Positions 27,698 to 37,777 of a stretch of DNA of 64,000 nt are shown here, piece after piece. This DNA is from Candidatus Micrarchaeia archaeon (GTDB lineage: Archaea; Micrarchaeota; Micrarchaeia; Anstonellales; Anstonellaceae). The stretch's first letter is position 1. The number at the start of each line of letters is the position of its first letter. The stretch covers positions 20,667-84,666 of the forward strand of contig JBAZLL010000001.1 of assembly GCA_041650255.1 (NCBI GenBank), written 5' to 3'. A program made the position numbers and the translations under genes. Below the pieces are notes generated by a model. That model was not told the origin of the DNA. It made no database searches and worked only from the letters and a program-made list of their open reading frames with translations.

Positions 27698-28909
27698 ATG
27701 AAATTTCAAACTCTTGATGATGTGAATGTAAAATCAAAAACCGTTTTTGTGCGCGTTGATTTGAATTGCCCGATAAAAAATGGCAAGCCGCAAGTAAGCG
27801 CGCGTGTATCTGCACATGCAAAAACCCTATTTCTGCTTTCCAAAAAGGGAGCAAAAACGGTGGTGCTTGCCCATCAGGGAAGAAAAGGCAAAGACGATTT
27901 CATCTCCCTTGCTCCTCATGCAAAAATGCTTGAAAAGGAAATAAACAAAATTTCAAAACCAAATAAAATAAAAGTTGAATTTATAGCAGATGTTTGCGGT
28001 GCTCCGGCGCAAGGGGCAATAAAAAAATTAAAAGACGGACAAATTCTTCTTCTTGAGAACACCCGCTTTTTAGACGATGAAGAGACTTTTGAAAAAGACA
28101 AAAAATCCGACCTTGTAAAAAATCTTTTTCCCCTATGCGAGGTATTTGTGCTTGACGCCTTTTCGGTTGCGCACCGTTCGCACGCATCCGTTTGCGGATT
28201 TGCAAAATGCGCCCATGTAGTCGCCGGACCGATAATGGCGGAAGAGCTCTCCGCCCTTTGCAATTTGGAAAAGCCGAAAAAACCGGCTCTCTTGGTGATT
28301 GGGGGCGCAAAGCCTTCCGACTCATTGCCCATAATGAAGCAATGGCTTGAACAGGGAAAAGCAGATTCCGTTCTTTGCGGCGGGGCAATGGCAAACTTGA
28401 TGCTTTTTGCGTCGGGCAAATCGCTTGGAAAGCCGTCCGAAGACTTTTTGCAAAAGAACGAGGCGTTGCAAAATTTCGAGCAGACAAAGAAGCTTTATGC
28501 GAAATACAAATCAAAAATAATTATTCCGTCCGATGTGATTGTTGACAATTTGGGGAAAGCAAAAGTGGTTGATTCGGCTTTTCTACCTTCTGATTTCGCA
28601 ATTTTGGATATCGGGCCAGAAACCGCCCGCTCATACGCAAAACTAATCTCATGCGCAGGCTCAATAGTGCTAAACGGACCAATGGGCGTTTATGAAAAGG
28701 TGCAATTCTCATCCGGCACAAAAACCGTTTTAGGTGCAGTTGCCAAATCAGGCGCATTTTCTCTTCTGGGCGGCGGGCACACTCTCTCTGCATTGGAAGA
28801 ATTCAATATTCCCTACTCAAAATTTGGCTATGTATCACTTTCTGGCAAGGCACTTATTGAATTTCTAAGCGGGGATGAGTTGCCCGGCGTGAAAATGCTG
28901 GAACATTAA
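27698..28909 (+). CDS. pgk: Phosphoglycerate kinase
   Basis: Substrate-binding N-terminus VFVRVDLNCPI and VLAHQGRKGK, with a C-terminal nucleotide-binding domain. The ATG at 27698 (MKFQTLDD) is preferred. Confidence 0.85.
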   Translation: MKFQTLDDVNVKSKTVFVRVDLNCPIKNGKPQVSARVSAHAKTLFLLSKKGAKTVVLAHQGRKGKDDFISLAPHAKMLEKEINKISKPNKIKVEFIADVCGAPAQGAIKKLKDGQILLLENTRFLDDEETFEKDKKSDLVKNLFPLCEVFVLDAFSVAHRSHASVCGFAKCAHVVAGPIMAEELSALCNLEKPKKPALLVIGGAKPSDSLPIMKQWLEQGKADSVLCGGAMANLMLFASGKSLGKPSEDFLQKNEALQNFEQTKKLYAKYKSKIIIPSDVIVDNLGKAKVVDSAFLPSDFAILDIGPETARSYAKLISCAGSIVLNGPMGVYEKVQFSSGTKTVLGAVAKSGAFSLLGGGHTLSALEEFNIPYSKFGYVSLSGKALIEFLSGDELPGVKMLEH

Positions 28910-28974
28910 GCATTCTTGTATTTTTTTGTTTTTTTGCAAAGAAATCGCGCCCACCTCTGCAAAATATCAGACTG

Positions 28975-28982
28975 TTTATAAA
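28975..28982 (+). promoter_or_regulatory. TATA box (TTTATAAA) for the giant-protein operon
   Basis: Located 35 nt upstream of the ATG at 29017, consistent with a very short 5' UTR. Confidence 0.4.
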
Positions 28983-29016
28983 TGTTGCATGGCTTTTTGC
29001 ATTCGGTGGATAGCGC

Positions 29017-32000
29017 ATGTTCGTGTACCAGCTAAGGGTTTATCCTTCTGCGAAAGAAGGCTATGGAAAGCAATCATCTTCTGAAACGGATGCCAGTTTG
29101 CAAAACAGTTCTTTGCAATACAACAACTATTTGCTCATAATGCAAGGTTATGGCAATTATTACAATCGTAAAAATATCATTGAAAACAAAGGCGAGCTTC
29201 TGCCGCTTTCAAGCAACATAAAAAACAAACTTACTAGTCAAGGCGAATCATTATCCACAAAGTTGACTGATGAGGACGGTATTTCTGCATTGTCATCTGT
29301 TAATGTAACTTATGCCCGTGATTCTGCGCCCGGGTCCCAAGACATCGGCTATAGTGCGCAACCAAGTGTAATCGGCATCCGCTCAATAGCAAAAAAATTC
29401 AAGAGCGGTGCGCAAGAGTCTGAAAGCCTTTCAGGCTCTGCTCAAATGATGCTCAACATGTATGCTTCAATCGTGGAGCTTTCTCTTGAGGGCAATGTGC
29501 AGGAAACAAATAAGGAAGCAATAATGGAATTCGTGCGTGAAAACCTAAAAATCGCATTTCTGACAATTCAAGAGGATATAAAAAACAATAAAAAAAGCAC
29601 ACTTGATGCAAAAGCAATATTTGGAAACCCCTCTTTTGTAACCGGCGATTTGGCAAAAGACGGCTATGTCTGGTCTGCGCTCAAAACGTTTGGGGTTGAA
29701 GACAAAAACATAAACAATATCAGAACTTCATTTATTAACATCGTAAGCGGAAATCCAAAATCCGGGTTCGGGGATTTTATCACAACTCTTTTTCCAACAG
29801 CAACAATGGATGCGCTTCCCCAATCTTCCCTAAGCACGAAAGCGGGAATAAGCCAGTCTGCGATAGATAATTACACCAAGCTCTCCTACACGCAAAACAT
29901 TTCCCTTCTCAACAGCCTCAAAAACGACTTCGTGCGCCGGGTTTTTGGCGAAAGCTTTGCAGAAAAAGTTTCTGCATATCTTTACTATTCATTGCAAAAG
30001 AACGAGCTTAGCGACAAGAACGCAATCAAAAAGGCCGTCGGAGAAATTGATGCGCACATCTCCCTTCTAAACGATGTTTTCGTAAACTGCATTTGGAAAA
30101 ACGAAGACAACTTTTTGAAATCCCATCCTGCCGCCGAACTTGAGAGGCAAAAATCATATTATTCAAAGGCGCTGGATGCGGCTTCGGACAGGGGAATGGC
30201 GCAAATCGGTCTGAAGACTAGTGTGCAAGGCAGAATAAACGAGCTTAGGCAAATCAAGGAAGGATTGCAAAGCCGGGACTTGGCGGAAAAAAATAATGCC
30301 CTAAACGAGTTTGCTCTTTTCAAAGCAAGATATACGATCTGCGGGAAATATTGTGAAGAAGAATCTCAAGGCTCAGACAAAAAAATTCAAACCCCAGAAA
30401 ATTATGCAAAAACAGTTGCCAAGATTGATTTGGAACCCCAAGATGTTCCAGGTTATTACGCTACAACGCTTGCTCTGAATCCGCTTGGGCGCAATTTGGT
30501 TTCAATTCCAAAAGAGGGGGCAAACATAATGTCCATTGAGCTCAAGGTAGATGAAAATTCTTCAACTACCCATCTTAGCCCCGGTTCAAAAGGCGGGGTG
30601 GCAGTAACCTCGCAATCAGTTTACGAAGTAAATCTTTCCGACAAATCAATCATTACCCCAGATATGGAAATCCTCGCGGCAAAAGCGTATGATTTTCTAA
30701 AGGAAATAAATCCCGGTAAAACTATTACCTCCTCAATAGAAAATAACACTATACGTCTGGCGATTTCCGAGAAGAAAGTCTACGTTTCATTGGAAAAAGC
30801 AAATTTGCATTATAGTATGTTCTATGTTCCCGGCACTCTAAGTGGAAGCACGCCTGTGCCGGTTCCCGTATATGAAGTCGGGCTGGAGGCGAAATCAAGA
30901 TCATCAGGTCGCGAAGTCGTGAAAAATGGGAGCTATTTTGATCTTGAGCTCGGTTATGGCGTGCACGATTATGACAATTTGGCAAAAGACGAGAAAGACC
31001 CACTTTCAATTTACGGGGAAAAAAACATCCATGGGGAAAACCGGGGCAACAGAATTGAAGCCACAAAAGGTCTGAAATACGCTGATTACAAATTCAATGT
31101 AGGTGTTTCATCCGAGGAAGGTTATTTGACTTCCACCTACACCACTTCCATCGCCCCCAAAGCCGCCGGAGCCTCGTGCGCCGCAAAAGCAAAGGAATTC
31201 ATTGACTCTGGTGGAGCAATTACTACTGCAAATATTCAAAACTTTTTTGACAATCAGGCTGTTGACGATTTAATAAAAATCCATTATGGCAGAATGTACC
31301 CAAGCCTTGAAACTTGGTATCCAAGCGGCGAAACTCCCAAAGTTTATGATTCCAAAGCCATGCTTGAAAAATACGAAGGCTCTCTCTCTGCAGGAAAGGT
31401 AAAATATGACCTTTATGTGACATTCTTGCAAAAGCTTTACGAGTCTCTTCCAGCTGGGGCAGACCGAGACGTAGTTCTCAAAGTGCAAGGCACCGGCTCT
31501 GACAAAAAAATCAGCGGTCTTTTATATGACGCAATGATTGACGAGCAGGGAATTTATCTTGACCGTTTCATGCGGGACCAAGCGGGGTATCAATTTACCG
31601 TTGGCAGAGTAATGCGACTTTTGGATTCGCTTTCTCTGCGCGTATTTGAAAGCGGTGCATATGCAAAAACCCGCCAAAATCTATGGGTCGGAATTCCTGG
31701 AACCGAAATTGGGCAAAATGGCGAGCTTGAAATGAAACTTGCTTATATTCCGGCGTATGGAAGCATGAATAATGGCTGGATGCGCGAATCCTCTTTTGGA
31801 GTCTCAACTCCATTGCCGGGCGTAAGCGGCACATATCTCAACTTACAAAATTCGGAAGCTTTTGCGCTTGAATTAATGTGGTCAACATTTCTTTATGCGT
31901 CGGAAGAAACTTCTCTCAAGGGAAGAGTGAAACTTTGGGGCATGGTGTCTTTGCCAAATACAGAGATCCTTCCAAACGATGCCGGTATAGTAAAATTTGC

Positions 32001-33873
32001 GGACAATTGCAAAAACTATTGGGACGGCTTCATGTCAGGAAATCTTACTTTTGACCAAGCCCGCGCCAAACTCAAAGACGAGCTTAAGTTGCTAAGGGAG
32101 GCAATCAAAAATTCATATTCTCAGGATAAGACAACCCTTGAAGCCATCGACAATCTAATTGGAAAAGAAGGGCAAACCACTTCGGGCCTTTTGTATGAGA
32201 CTGAAGATGCCGGGCACGTTCAGACCGAGCGGACACTTCTTGCGCTTGTAAGGGGCAAGGACGAGTCCGAGCTCGGATGGATTTATGAGCATTACAACGG
32301 CGGAAAAACCGGAGCGTCTTATATAAGCGCTTCAACATTTGTGAACGAGCTTTCAGAATATTCCGGAGTGACAAGTTTTGCCAAGGCAATACCTGCCGGA
32401 AACTTTTCGCTTGAATTTGAGCTTGATGGAAAAATTTCCAAAAATATGCCGTATAACGTGACTCTCAAAACCTACCCGCTAACTCCATTTATTGTCAAGA
32501 CTTTGATGGAATCTCTTGCATCCGATAGGAATTTGTTTGGCGGCATAAGTGCAAAAGACAAAGTCAAGGGGCTTTATGAAAGATATGGCGACATGCTTGA
32601 ACCCAAATGGCCGCCGACAATTATTGATGCAAGCGTCGGATACAGTTTGCCGCTAATCAAAAATAATTTGTATGCCAATTTTGGCATCGCCGCAAATTTC
32701 AATGTTTTCTCAATAGATATGGAAGGGGCGTCAATCAATGCAGACCTGTCCACCCCCGGCTCAAATTTGAGATTTATTTATTCATTGGAAAAATCATTCT
32801 TCAAGGCAACGCCATATACTCCAATGATAGGTGCTGGATTGCAAGTATCCGTAAACGAGATCGCACACCATTTTGCAGATGTTAAGATTCCTTGGAATGC
32901 GGACATAAAAGGTGAAATTTTATACTCCCGCGATTTGCCGGAACACGACTTTTCACTGCCTCATATGGAAACTTTGGGCTGGCGCGCAATATTTAGTATG
33001 CCCGTAGTTCCCTTCGGAGAAGACAGAGCGGGTAAAAATGCGTATTTGTTCACTTCCGAGAGCATGCCCGCTTTCAAGGTGCAAATGCGCAAACTCTCTG
33101 CAAGCGAGCTTTCGGAAAATGAAATGAAGCGAATTGAAAATCTCAAGGACGGGCAAACATATGGGTTTGAGCTCGGAGGAGATTCCTTTGTCGTTAGAAG
33201 AAAAGGCGACACTCTGAATCTTTATGAGAAAAGAAAGGATTACGGCAAAAAGGCGGCTTACGGGCTTGATGATTGGAGAGTTCCAACTTCTAAACAATCC
33301 ATTAGCCAATCTTATAGTGGGGATTACAAAGACTTTTTGCTCTCCAACCTGACCTCTGATGAGCAGAAGGAAGTTGAAAGTCTCCGAGTCCCGCTTGCAA
33401 ACAATTCATATTACAACCCGCGCGCATCTGCAAGTAGTGGAAGCGAAAGCTGGCTAAATCTTGAGGAAATGGTAAACTATATGTTGGAAAAGCGCTCTCT
33501 TCTAAGCGCATTGTCTAACGAAGAGCGCGAATTTCTCAAAAACAGACAAATAAGTGGAACCTTCTGGTACTCGCATCCGCAAACCGGTGTGCAGGTTGAT
33601 GTTGGCCAAATGGTTTCATACTTGCATAATACTAAATTCAACAACAATCTTTTGTCTCTGCTTTCTCCGCAAGAGCTTGAAGGCCTCAATTCAAGACGCT
33701 CAATGGTATCCTCAAATACAAATCCCCTGTTCTATTTTGAAAAAGAGAATGGCGGGTACGAAACACTCAATTTGCGCGATGCGATATTACGAACTGTTGA
33801 AACCAATATCAAAGAGCAAAAAACAAATGCACTAATCAGGCTTGCGCAAAGCGCGCCTGAATACGGGGGCTGA
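29017..33873 (+). CDS. Giant hypothetical protein A (1618 aa), no recognisable domains
   Basis: Uninterrupted 4.86 kb ORF. No signal peptide or TM detected by eye. Its stop TGA overlaps the next start (TGATG). Confidence 0.8.
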   Translation: MFVYQLRVYPSAKEGYGKQSSSETDASLQNSSLQYNNYLLIMQGYGNYYNRKNIIENKGELLPLSSNIKNKLTSQGESLSTKLTDEDGISALSSVNVTYARDSAPGSQDIGYSAQPSVIGIRSIAKKFKSGAQESESLSGSAQMMLNMYASIVELSLEGNVQETNKEAIMEFVRENLKIAFLTIQEDIKNNKKSTLDAKAIFGNPSFVTGDLAKDGYVWSALKTFGVEDKNINNIRTSFINIVSGNPKSGFGDFITTLFPTATMDALPQSSLSTKAGISQSAIDNYTKLSYTQNISLLNSLKNDFVRRVFGESFAEKVSAYLYYSLQKNELSDKNAIKKAVGEIDAHISLLNDVFVNCIWKNEDNFLKSHPAAELERQKSYYSKALDAASDRGMAQIGLKTSVQGRINELRQIKEGLQSRDLAEKNNALNEFALFKARYTICGKYCEEESQGSDKKIQTPENYAKTVAKIDLEPQDVPGYYATTLALNPLGRNLVSIPKEGANIMSIELKVDENSSTTHLSPGSKGGVAVTSQSVYEVNLSDKSIITPDMEILAAKAYDFLKEINPGKTITSSIENNTIRLAISEKKVYVSLEKANLHYSMFYVPGTLSGSTPVPVPVYEVGLEAKSRSSGREVVKNGSYFDLELGYGVHDYDNLAKDEKDPLSIYGEKNIHGENRGNRIEATKGLKYADYKFNVGVSSEEGYLTSTYTTSIAPKAAGASCAAKAKEFIDSGGAITTANIQNFFDNQAVDDLIKIHYGRMYPSLETWYPSGETPKVYDSKAMLEKYEGSLSAGKVKYDLYVTFLQKLYESLPAGADRDVVLKVQGTGSDKKISGLLYDAMIDEQGIYLDRFMRDQAGYQFTVGRVMRLLDSLSLRVFESGAYAKTRQNLWVGIPGTEIGQNGELEMKLAYIPAYGSMNNGWMRESSFGVSTPLPGVSGTYLNLQNSEAFALELMWSTFLYASEETSLKGRVKLWGMVSLPNTEILPNDAGIVKFADNCKNYWDGFMSGNLTFDQARAKLKDELKLLREAIKNSYSQDKTTLEAIDNLIGKEGQTTSGLLYETEDAGHVQTERTLLALVRGKDESELGWIYEHYNGGKTGASYISASTFVNELSEYSGVTSFAKAIPAGNFSLEFELDGKISKNMPYNVTLKTYPLTPFIVKTLMESLASDRNLFGGISAKDKVKGLYERYGDMLEPKWPPTIIDASVGYSLPLIKNNLYANFGIAANFNVFSIDMEGASINADLSTPGSNLRFIYSLEKSFFKATPYTPMIGAGLQVSVNEIAHHFADVKIPWNADIKGEILYSRDLPEHDFSLPHMETLGWRAIFSMPVVPFGEDRAGKNAYLFTSESMPAFKVQMRKLSASELSENEMKRIENLKDGQTYGFELGGDSFVVRRKGDTLNLYEKRKDYGKKAAYGLDDWRVPTSKQSISQSYSGDYKDFLLSNLTSDEQKEVESLRVPLANNSYYNPRASASSGSESWLNLEEMVNYMLEKRSLLSALSNEEREFLKNRQISGTFWYSHPQTGVQVDVGQMVSYLHNTKFNNNLLSLLSPQELEGLNSRRSMVSSNTNPLFYFEKENGGYETLNLRDAILRTVETNIKEQKTNALIRLAQSAPEYGG

Positions 33874-36800
33874 TGGGCATGTTTGTTTTTCAATCATTCG
33901 CACCTTTAATCGTTGGCGCAGCTGTAACCTCCGAGGTTCAAAACTATTGGTGCAAATATATTTCTGAAGAATTGAAAAACAATTTGAAAAATAATCCAAA
34001 GGCATCTGTGCGTGAAATAGAATCAATGCTGGGCAGCCTTGAATTGAACGGTTTTAAAACATGGTTGCAAAAAAATACTCGCAACGCATCCCAACTCGGA
34101 CGGGATGCCGCAAGCAATTACAACTCGCTTGAGAAAATAAAAAATTCAATAATCTCGTTGGGGGAGTATTCTGCAATCGGCGGAGTGCAAAAAAGTCCGG
34201 ACGCGCAGGTGCAAAAGCTGTGCAATCTTTTGCAGTCCTGGCAAAATGTGCGCAAAAGCGGTGGGAGCACAGAAAAACTTGAGGAAGATCTTGCAGATGT
34301 TATTTCATCCAGGGACATGGACAAGCCAATCTCGGCACTTCTTCTTTCCGGATTTTTCGCAGGTTCCTCACTCGGGGCTAAAATAGATGATAAATATTTC
34401 GAAGCCGCAGCAGTTTATTTTTCGTCTGGTTTACCAAACCGCAAAAACAGCGATGCGTTCTTTGATTTCTTGTCATCCTGTCTTTATCATAATCAAACCG
34501 TAAGTGCAAATCTTAAGCTCTCTTTCTTTGAGCCCGCAGATTTGGCTCCAATGCGTGATGCAAAAGATTTCATCAATGTCCAATCCTGCTTGAGCCCATG
34601 GGCAAACGTGGCGTCGTTTTTAGAGCAGATGTCAAGAGGAAGGGCAAGATGGTTTATCTCCGATGCCTTTGACATTATAGCAGAAGACAAGACAAATTTT
34701 CAAAAAGGCTTGCGCGACGGGCTTGTAAAAGCAAAAGTAAATGGCGCAAAAGAGATGGCAAATTTCAACTATGATGACAAATTCCTTGAAGCAGGTCTTG
34801 TACCAAACTTGGATTACACCTCAAATTCGGGCGGAGTCTTAACCAGATTACTTTCAAATAAGAAATTTCAGGACTTTGTATTAAACGCAAAAGACCCTTC
34901 TGATCCGTCAATTAACTATTTTCAAGATGTTTTTTCTCTCGGATGGAATAAGGACAAATTACTGAACCTGCCGATAACCGATGAGCGCGCAATAAAATTT
35001 CGTTCATTGATGAACACTCTAAATGCAAAACAAAATCTTGATTTGACCTACGACCGGTTTGCAAACGCGTTTTTGAGCCAGATCGAGCGCTCAGATAAAA
35101 ACGATATGGGAGCGCATACTGGCCCGGTGATATTCTCCCAATCCCAGCTTGATGCATGGCACAAGTATTTCTTTGAGTTTGACCAAATATTTTTGCCGAA
35201 AAATTCCAACAGCCTTGTGAATTTGTGCAACAACATCATACGCGAAGAATTCATATCTGATCAAAAAACAATAGACGAGCTAAAGGCATATGTCTCAAAT
35301 CCGTCCGCGGGGATGAACGAGGAAACAAAACGTCAGGTTCGCGCTGCCATGATAAAAGGAATGGCAAGATTTGACTTATACTTTAGTGCATCCTCCGAAT
35401 TTTTTGAGGGAGAATCAGAAATCTCAAGAAAAGTAAAACAAATATGTCAGCAGGCACAGCCCTTGCAATATATTCACAATTACACTCGCGACATTACATA
35501 TGAAACAAATTCAAAATACAGTGAATTCATAAGCATAGATTACGGAGTGCATTCGCTTGAGAACTGCGATCCGAAAAAAGACAAATTCGTAATCTCAAGC
35601 GCAAACCGATTCTTCACAAGGATGTTTGACTTTTTCATAAACGAATACCGCGAGAAAAAAGGCGTGGTATTGCCACCAGAAGAGGCGTACAAAATCTCCA
35701 AATATGTAAACGACCCTCAAGTCGGCTATTATGCGCGAACCCTAAAAGTATTTTTCGGAAACGGGCTTGGCAATAATGGAAAATGGGACGAGAGCGCCCG
35801 CGTACAGGTGAGCTACGTTCGCGGAGACACGGAAACTCCCTCTTCAAGCATGACATTTAGTGAAGCATCCGGATATGTGCCATTCTTCAGGGTAAAGGAA
35901 GGCAGGCTAAAAGAAACGACTGATGAACTGCGCAAAGAGCGGTTCAGCGGCGGGGAAGACAAACAGGAAAACGAGGAAAATCTTGCCACAAAAGTTCTCA
36001 AATCTTATCGCAGAATCGCAATAGTAAGCTCCGGTGCAACCCGTTACATCCTCGAGCTTGAGGACCCCAATACCAAAACCTATTTTGACAAGACCAAATA
36101 CCATATGAATTTTGATTATGGAATGCAGGGCGGGTTCATCAATCCGGAAACCGGCAACTTTTACAAGTCCGAAATAAGCTACATCATATCCGGAACAGGA
36201 AAACCACTGACAAAAACTCCGCCCCTTCTCTCAAAAGTGAATTTTGCATTCGGGGAAATATTTTGCAACGATTATGGCAATACTGTTCCTGTGGGAGAAT
36301 ACAATACTGGTGAGATATCTTTTGAGATAACCCTTCTCAAAGATGGAATCGAAAAATTCAGCCCAAGGAAATTTACTTCCATGATTTCGGATCCGGTCAC
36401 ATCAATTGCCTATGATGCAGGTGGGGTTGCGTCATATTCTTCAAAGTACGATATCTCGGTAATAAAAGAATGGGTCACTCGCGCAACTCTTCTTGGAAAC
36501 GGTTGTGCAAGCGACAATAAGGGCTGGACAATTGCAGGACACGGAATGCCTGACTGGCCCCCATACCTTATAACTGCAAACATAAGCCGCGAAAATCCGA
36601 TACAATTTTTCAATCCCGGAATAAATGTCAGCTTCCATCGCGAAGAGCACTATTCTATGGAGCTTGTGCACACCACAAATCCAAAAGTTGAGGCAAAAGT
36701 CCTGGGCTTTGAAGGTCCGGGCGGGCTGCGGGAACGTCATACCTTCAATCCACAACCAAAAAAATTATTCCTTAATCCAGACGGTAAGGTTCGTGAGGAA

Positions 36801-37769
36801 GGCTCCCTCAAAGACGGCTCAAAAATAATATTCAATGCCTCAGAGGGTCTTGTTTATGCAACCGCTTCTGGCGTTTCGCCTCCGGAATCGTTGTTTGATA
36901 AAATAGTTGAAGACGAAACAGGTTCGCCCTCAAACAAGATTCCAATTCCAAACGTGCCGTTTTTCGCATGCGTCTCATCCTATGAAAAAGTGGGCGACCG
37001 GCTCTTTTTCTATATTGGAGGAAGTGCCGAAAACCGTCAAAGCCTACAATTGCGCTCTGCGGACAAAAAATACAAAGACGGATTTAGATATTTTGATTCC
37101 GTTCCGACCTCTTCGGGCGAACCAACCCGCGAGTTTGAGCTATATGATTCAAAATCAAAAACCGTAGTCGGGTTCGCAAAAGTTGTATATCAAAAGGTTC
37201 CAGGCGAGAGCAAATACCCTTTTGACGAAGAATCCTCAAGTTATTCAATAGATCCATCTGCTGCCGTAAAAATACCTTCACTCCGATCTTTTGTCAAAAC
37301 ATTAAAAACCGATGCAGATAGCTTTGCCCACTTCCCGCAGAACTTTGAAGTCAGAAGTGATGGAAAGAGCATTCACAAATTTAGCATAACTCTTGATACA
37401 AACAGCGAGGAATACAAAGAGTTCGAAGCAAGTCTCATGGGCAAGTCCGAAGGAGCTACATCTGCGCCCGCAGACGCAAGCGACCCAAGGTTCGGCTCAT
37501 GGATATTGCGGGTAAGCACAAGGTCGGAACCAATCATTTTGCACTTTGAAGAAAATTTCCAACGCGATGGGGTTTTGCACTTTTTCCTAATAGATTCGGA
37601 AGGCAAAAAACAATACGAAGGCACTTATAATGAATCAACAAAGGAAACAAAGATTATGAACGGACCGCACAATGACGGATTATTAAAAAAGCAATTTTCG
37701 TACAATTCAATATTGGGCGAAACTGGCTCATTTGACTGGCGCAGTATGGTGCCTGTCAGGTCTGCATAG
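33873..37769 (+). CDS. Giant hypothetical protein B (1298 aa)
   Basis: ATGA overlap with gene A. N-terminal hydrophobic stretch MFVFQSFAPLIVGAAVTS (possible signal or anchor). No catalytic motif. Confidence 0.8.
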   Translation: MGMFVFQSFAPLIVGAAVTSEVQNYWCKYISEELKNNLKNNPKASVREIESMLGSLELNGFKTWLQKNTRNASQLGRDAASNYNSLEKIKNSIISLGEYSAIGGVQKSPDAQVQKLCNLLQSWQNVRKSGGSTEKLEEDLADVISSRDMDKPISALLLSGFFAGSSLGAKIDDKYFEAAAVYFSSGLPNRKNSDAFFDFLSSCLYHNQTVSANLKLSFFEPADLAPMRDAKDFINVQSCLSPWANVASFLEQMSRGRARWFISDAFDIIAEDKTNFQKGLRDGLVKAKVNGAKEMANFNYDDKFLEAGLVPNLDYTSNSGGVLTRLLSNKKFQDFVLNAKDPSDPSINYFQDVFSLGWNKDKLLNLPITDERAIKFRSLMNTLNAKQNLDLTYDRFANAFLSQIERSDKNDMGAHTGPVIFSQSQLDAWHKYFFEFDQIFLPKNSNSLVNLCNNIIREEFISDQKTIDELKAYVSNPSAGMNEETKRQVRAAMIKGMARFDLYFSASSEFFEGESEISRKVKQICQQAQPLQYIHNYTRDITYETNSKYSEFISIDYGVHSLENCDPKKDKFVISSANRFFTRMFDFFINEYREKKGVVLPPEEAYKISKYVNDPQVGYYARTLKVFFGNGLGNNGKWDESARVQVSYVRGDTETPSSSMTFSEASGYVPFFRVKEGRLKETTDELRKERFSGGEDKQENEENLATKVLKSYRRIAIVSSGATRYILELEDPNTKTYFDKTKYHMNFDYGMQGGFINPETGNFYKSEISYIISGTGKPLTKTPPLLSKVNFAFGEIFCNDYGNTVPVGEYNTGEISFEITLLKDGIEKFSPRKFTSMISDPVTSIAYDAGGVASYSSKYDISVIKEWVTRATLLGNGCASDNKGWTIAGHGMPDWPPYLITANISRENPIQFFNPGINVSFHREEHYSMELVHTTNPKVEAKVLGFEGPGGLRERHTFNPQPKKLFLNPDGKVREEGSLKDGSKIIFNASEGLVYATASGVSPPESLFDKIVEDETGSPSNKIPIPNVPFFACVSSYEKVGDRLFFYIGGSAENRQSLQLRSADKKYKDGFRYFDSVPTSSGEPTREFELYDSKSKTVVGFAKVVYQKVPGESKYPFDEESSSYSIDPSAAVKIPSLRSFVKTLKTDADSFAHFPQNFEVRSDGKSIHKFSITLDTNSEEYKEFEASLMGKSEGATSAPADASDPRFGSWILRVSTRSEPIILHFEENFQRDGVLHFFLIDSEGKKQYEGTYNESTKETKIMNGPHNDGLLKKQFSYNSILGETGSFDWRSMVPVRSA

Positions 37770-37777
37770 GTGAATAT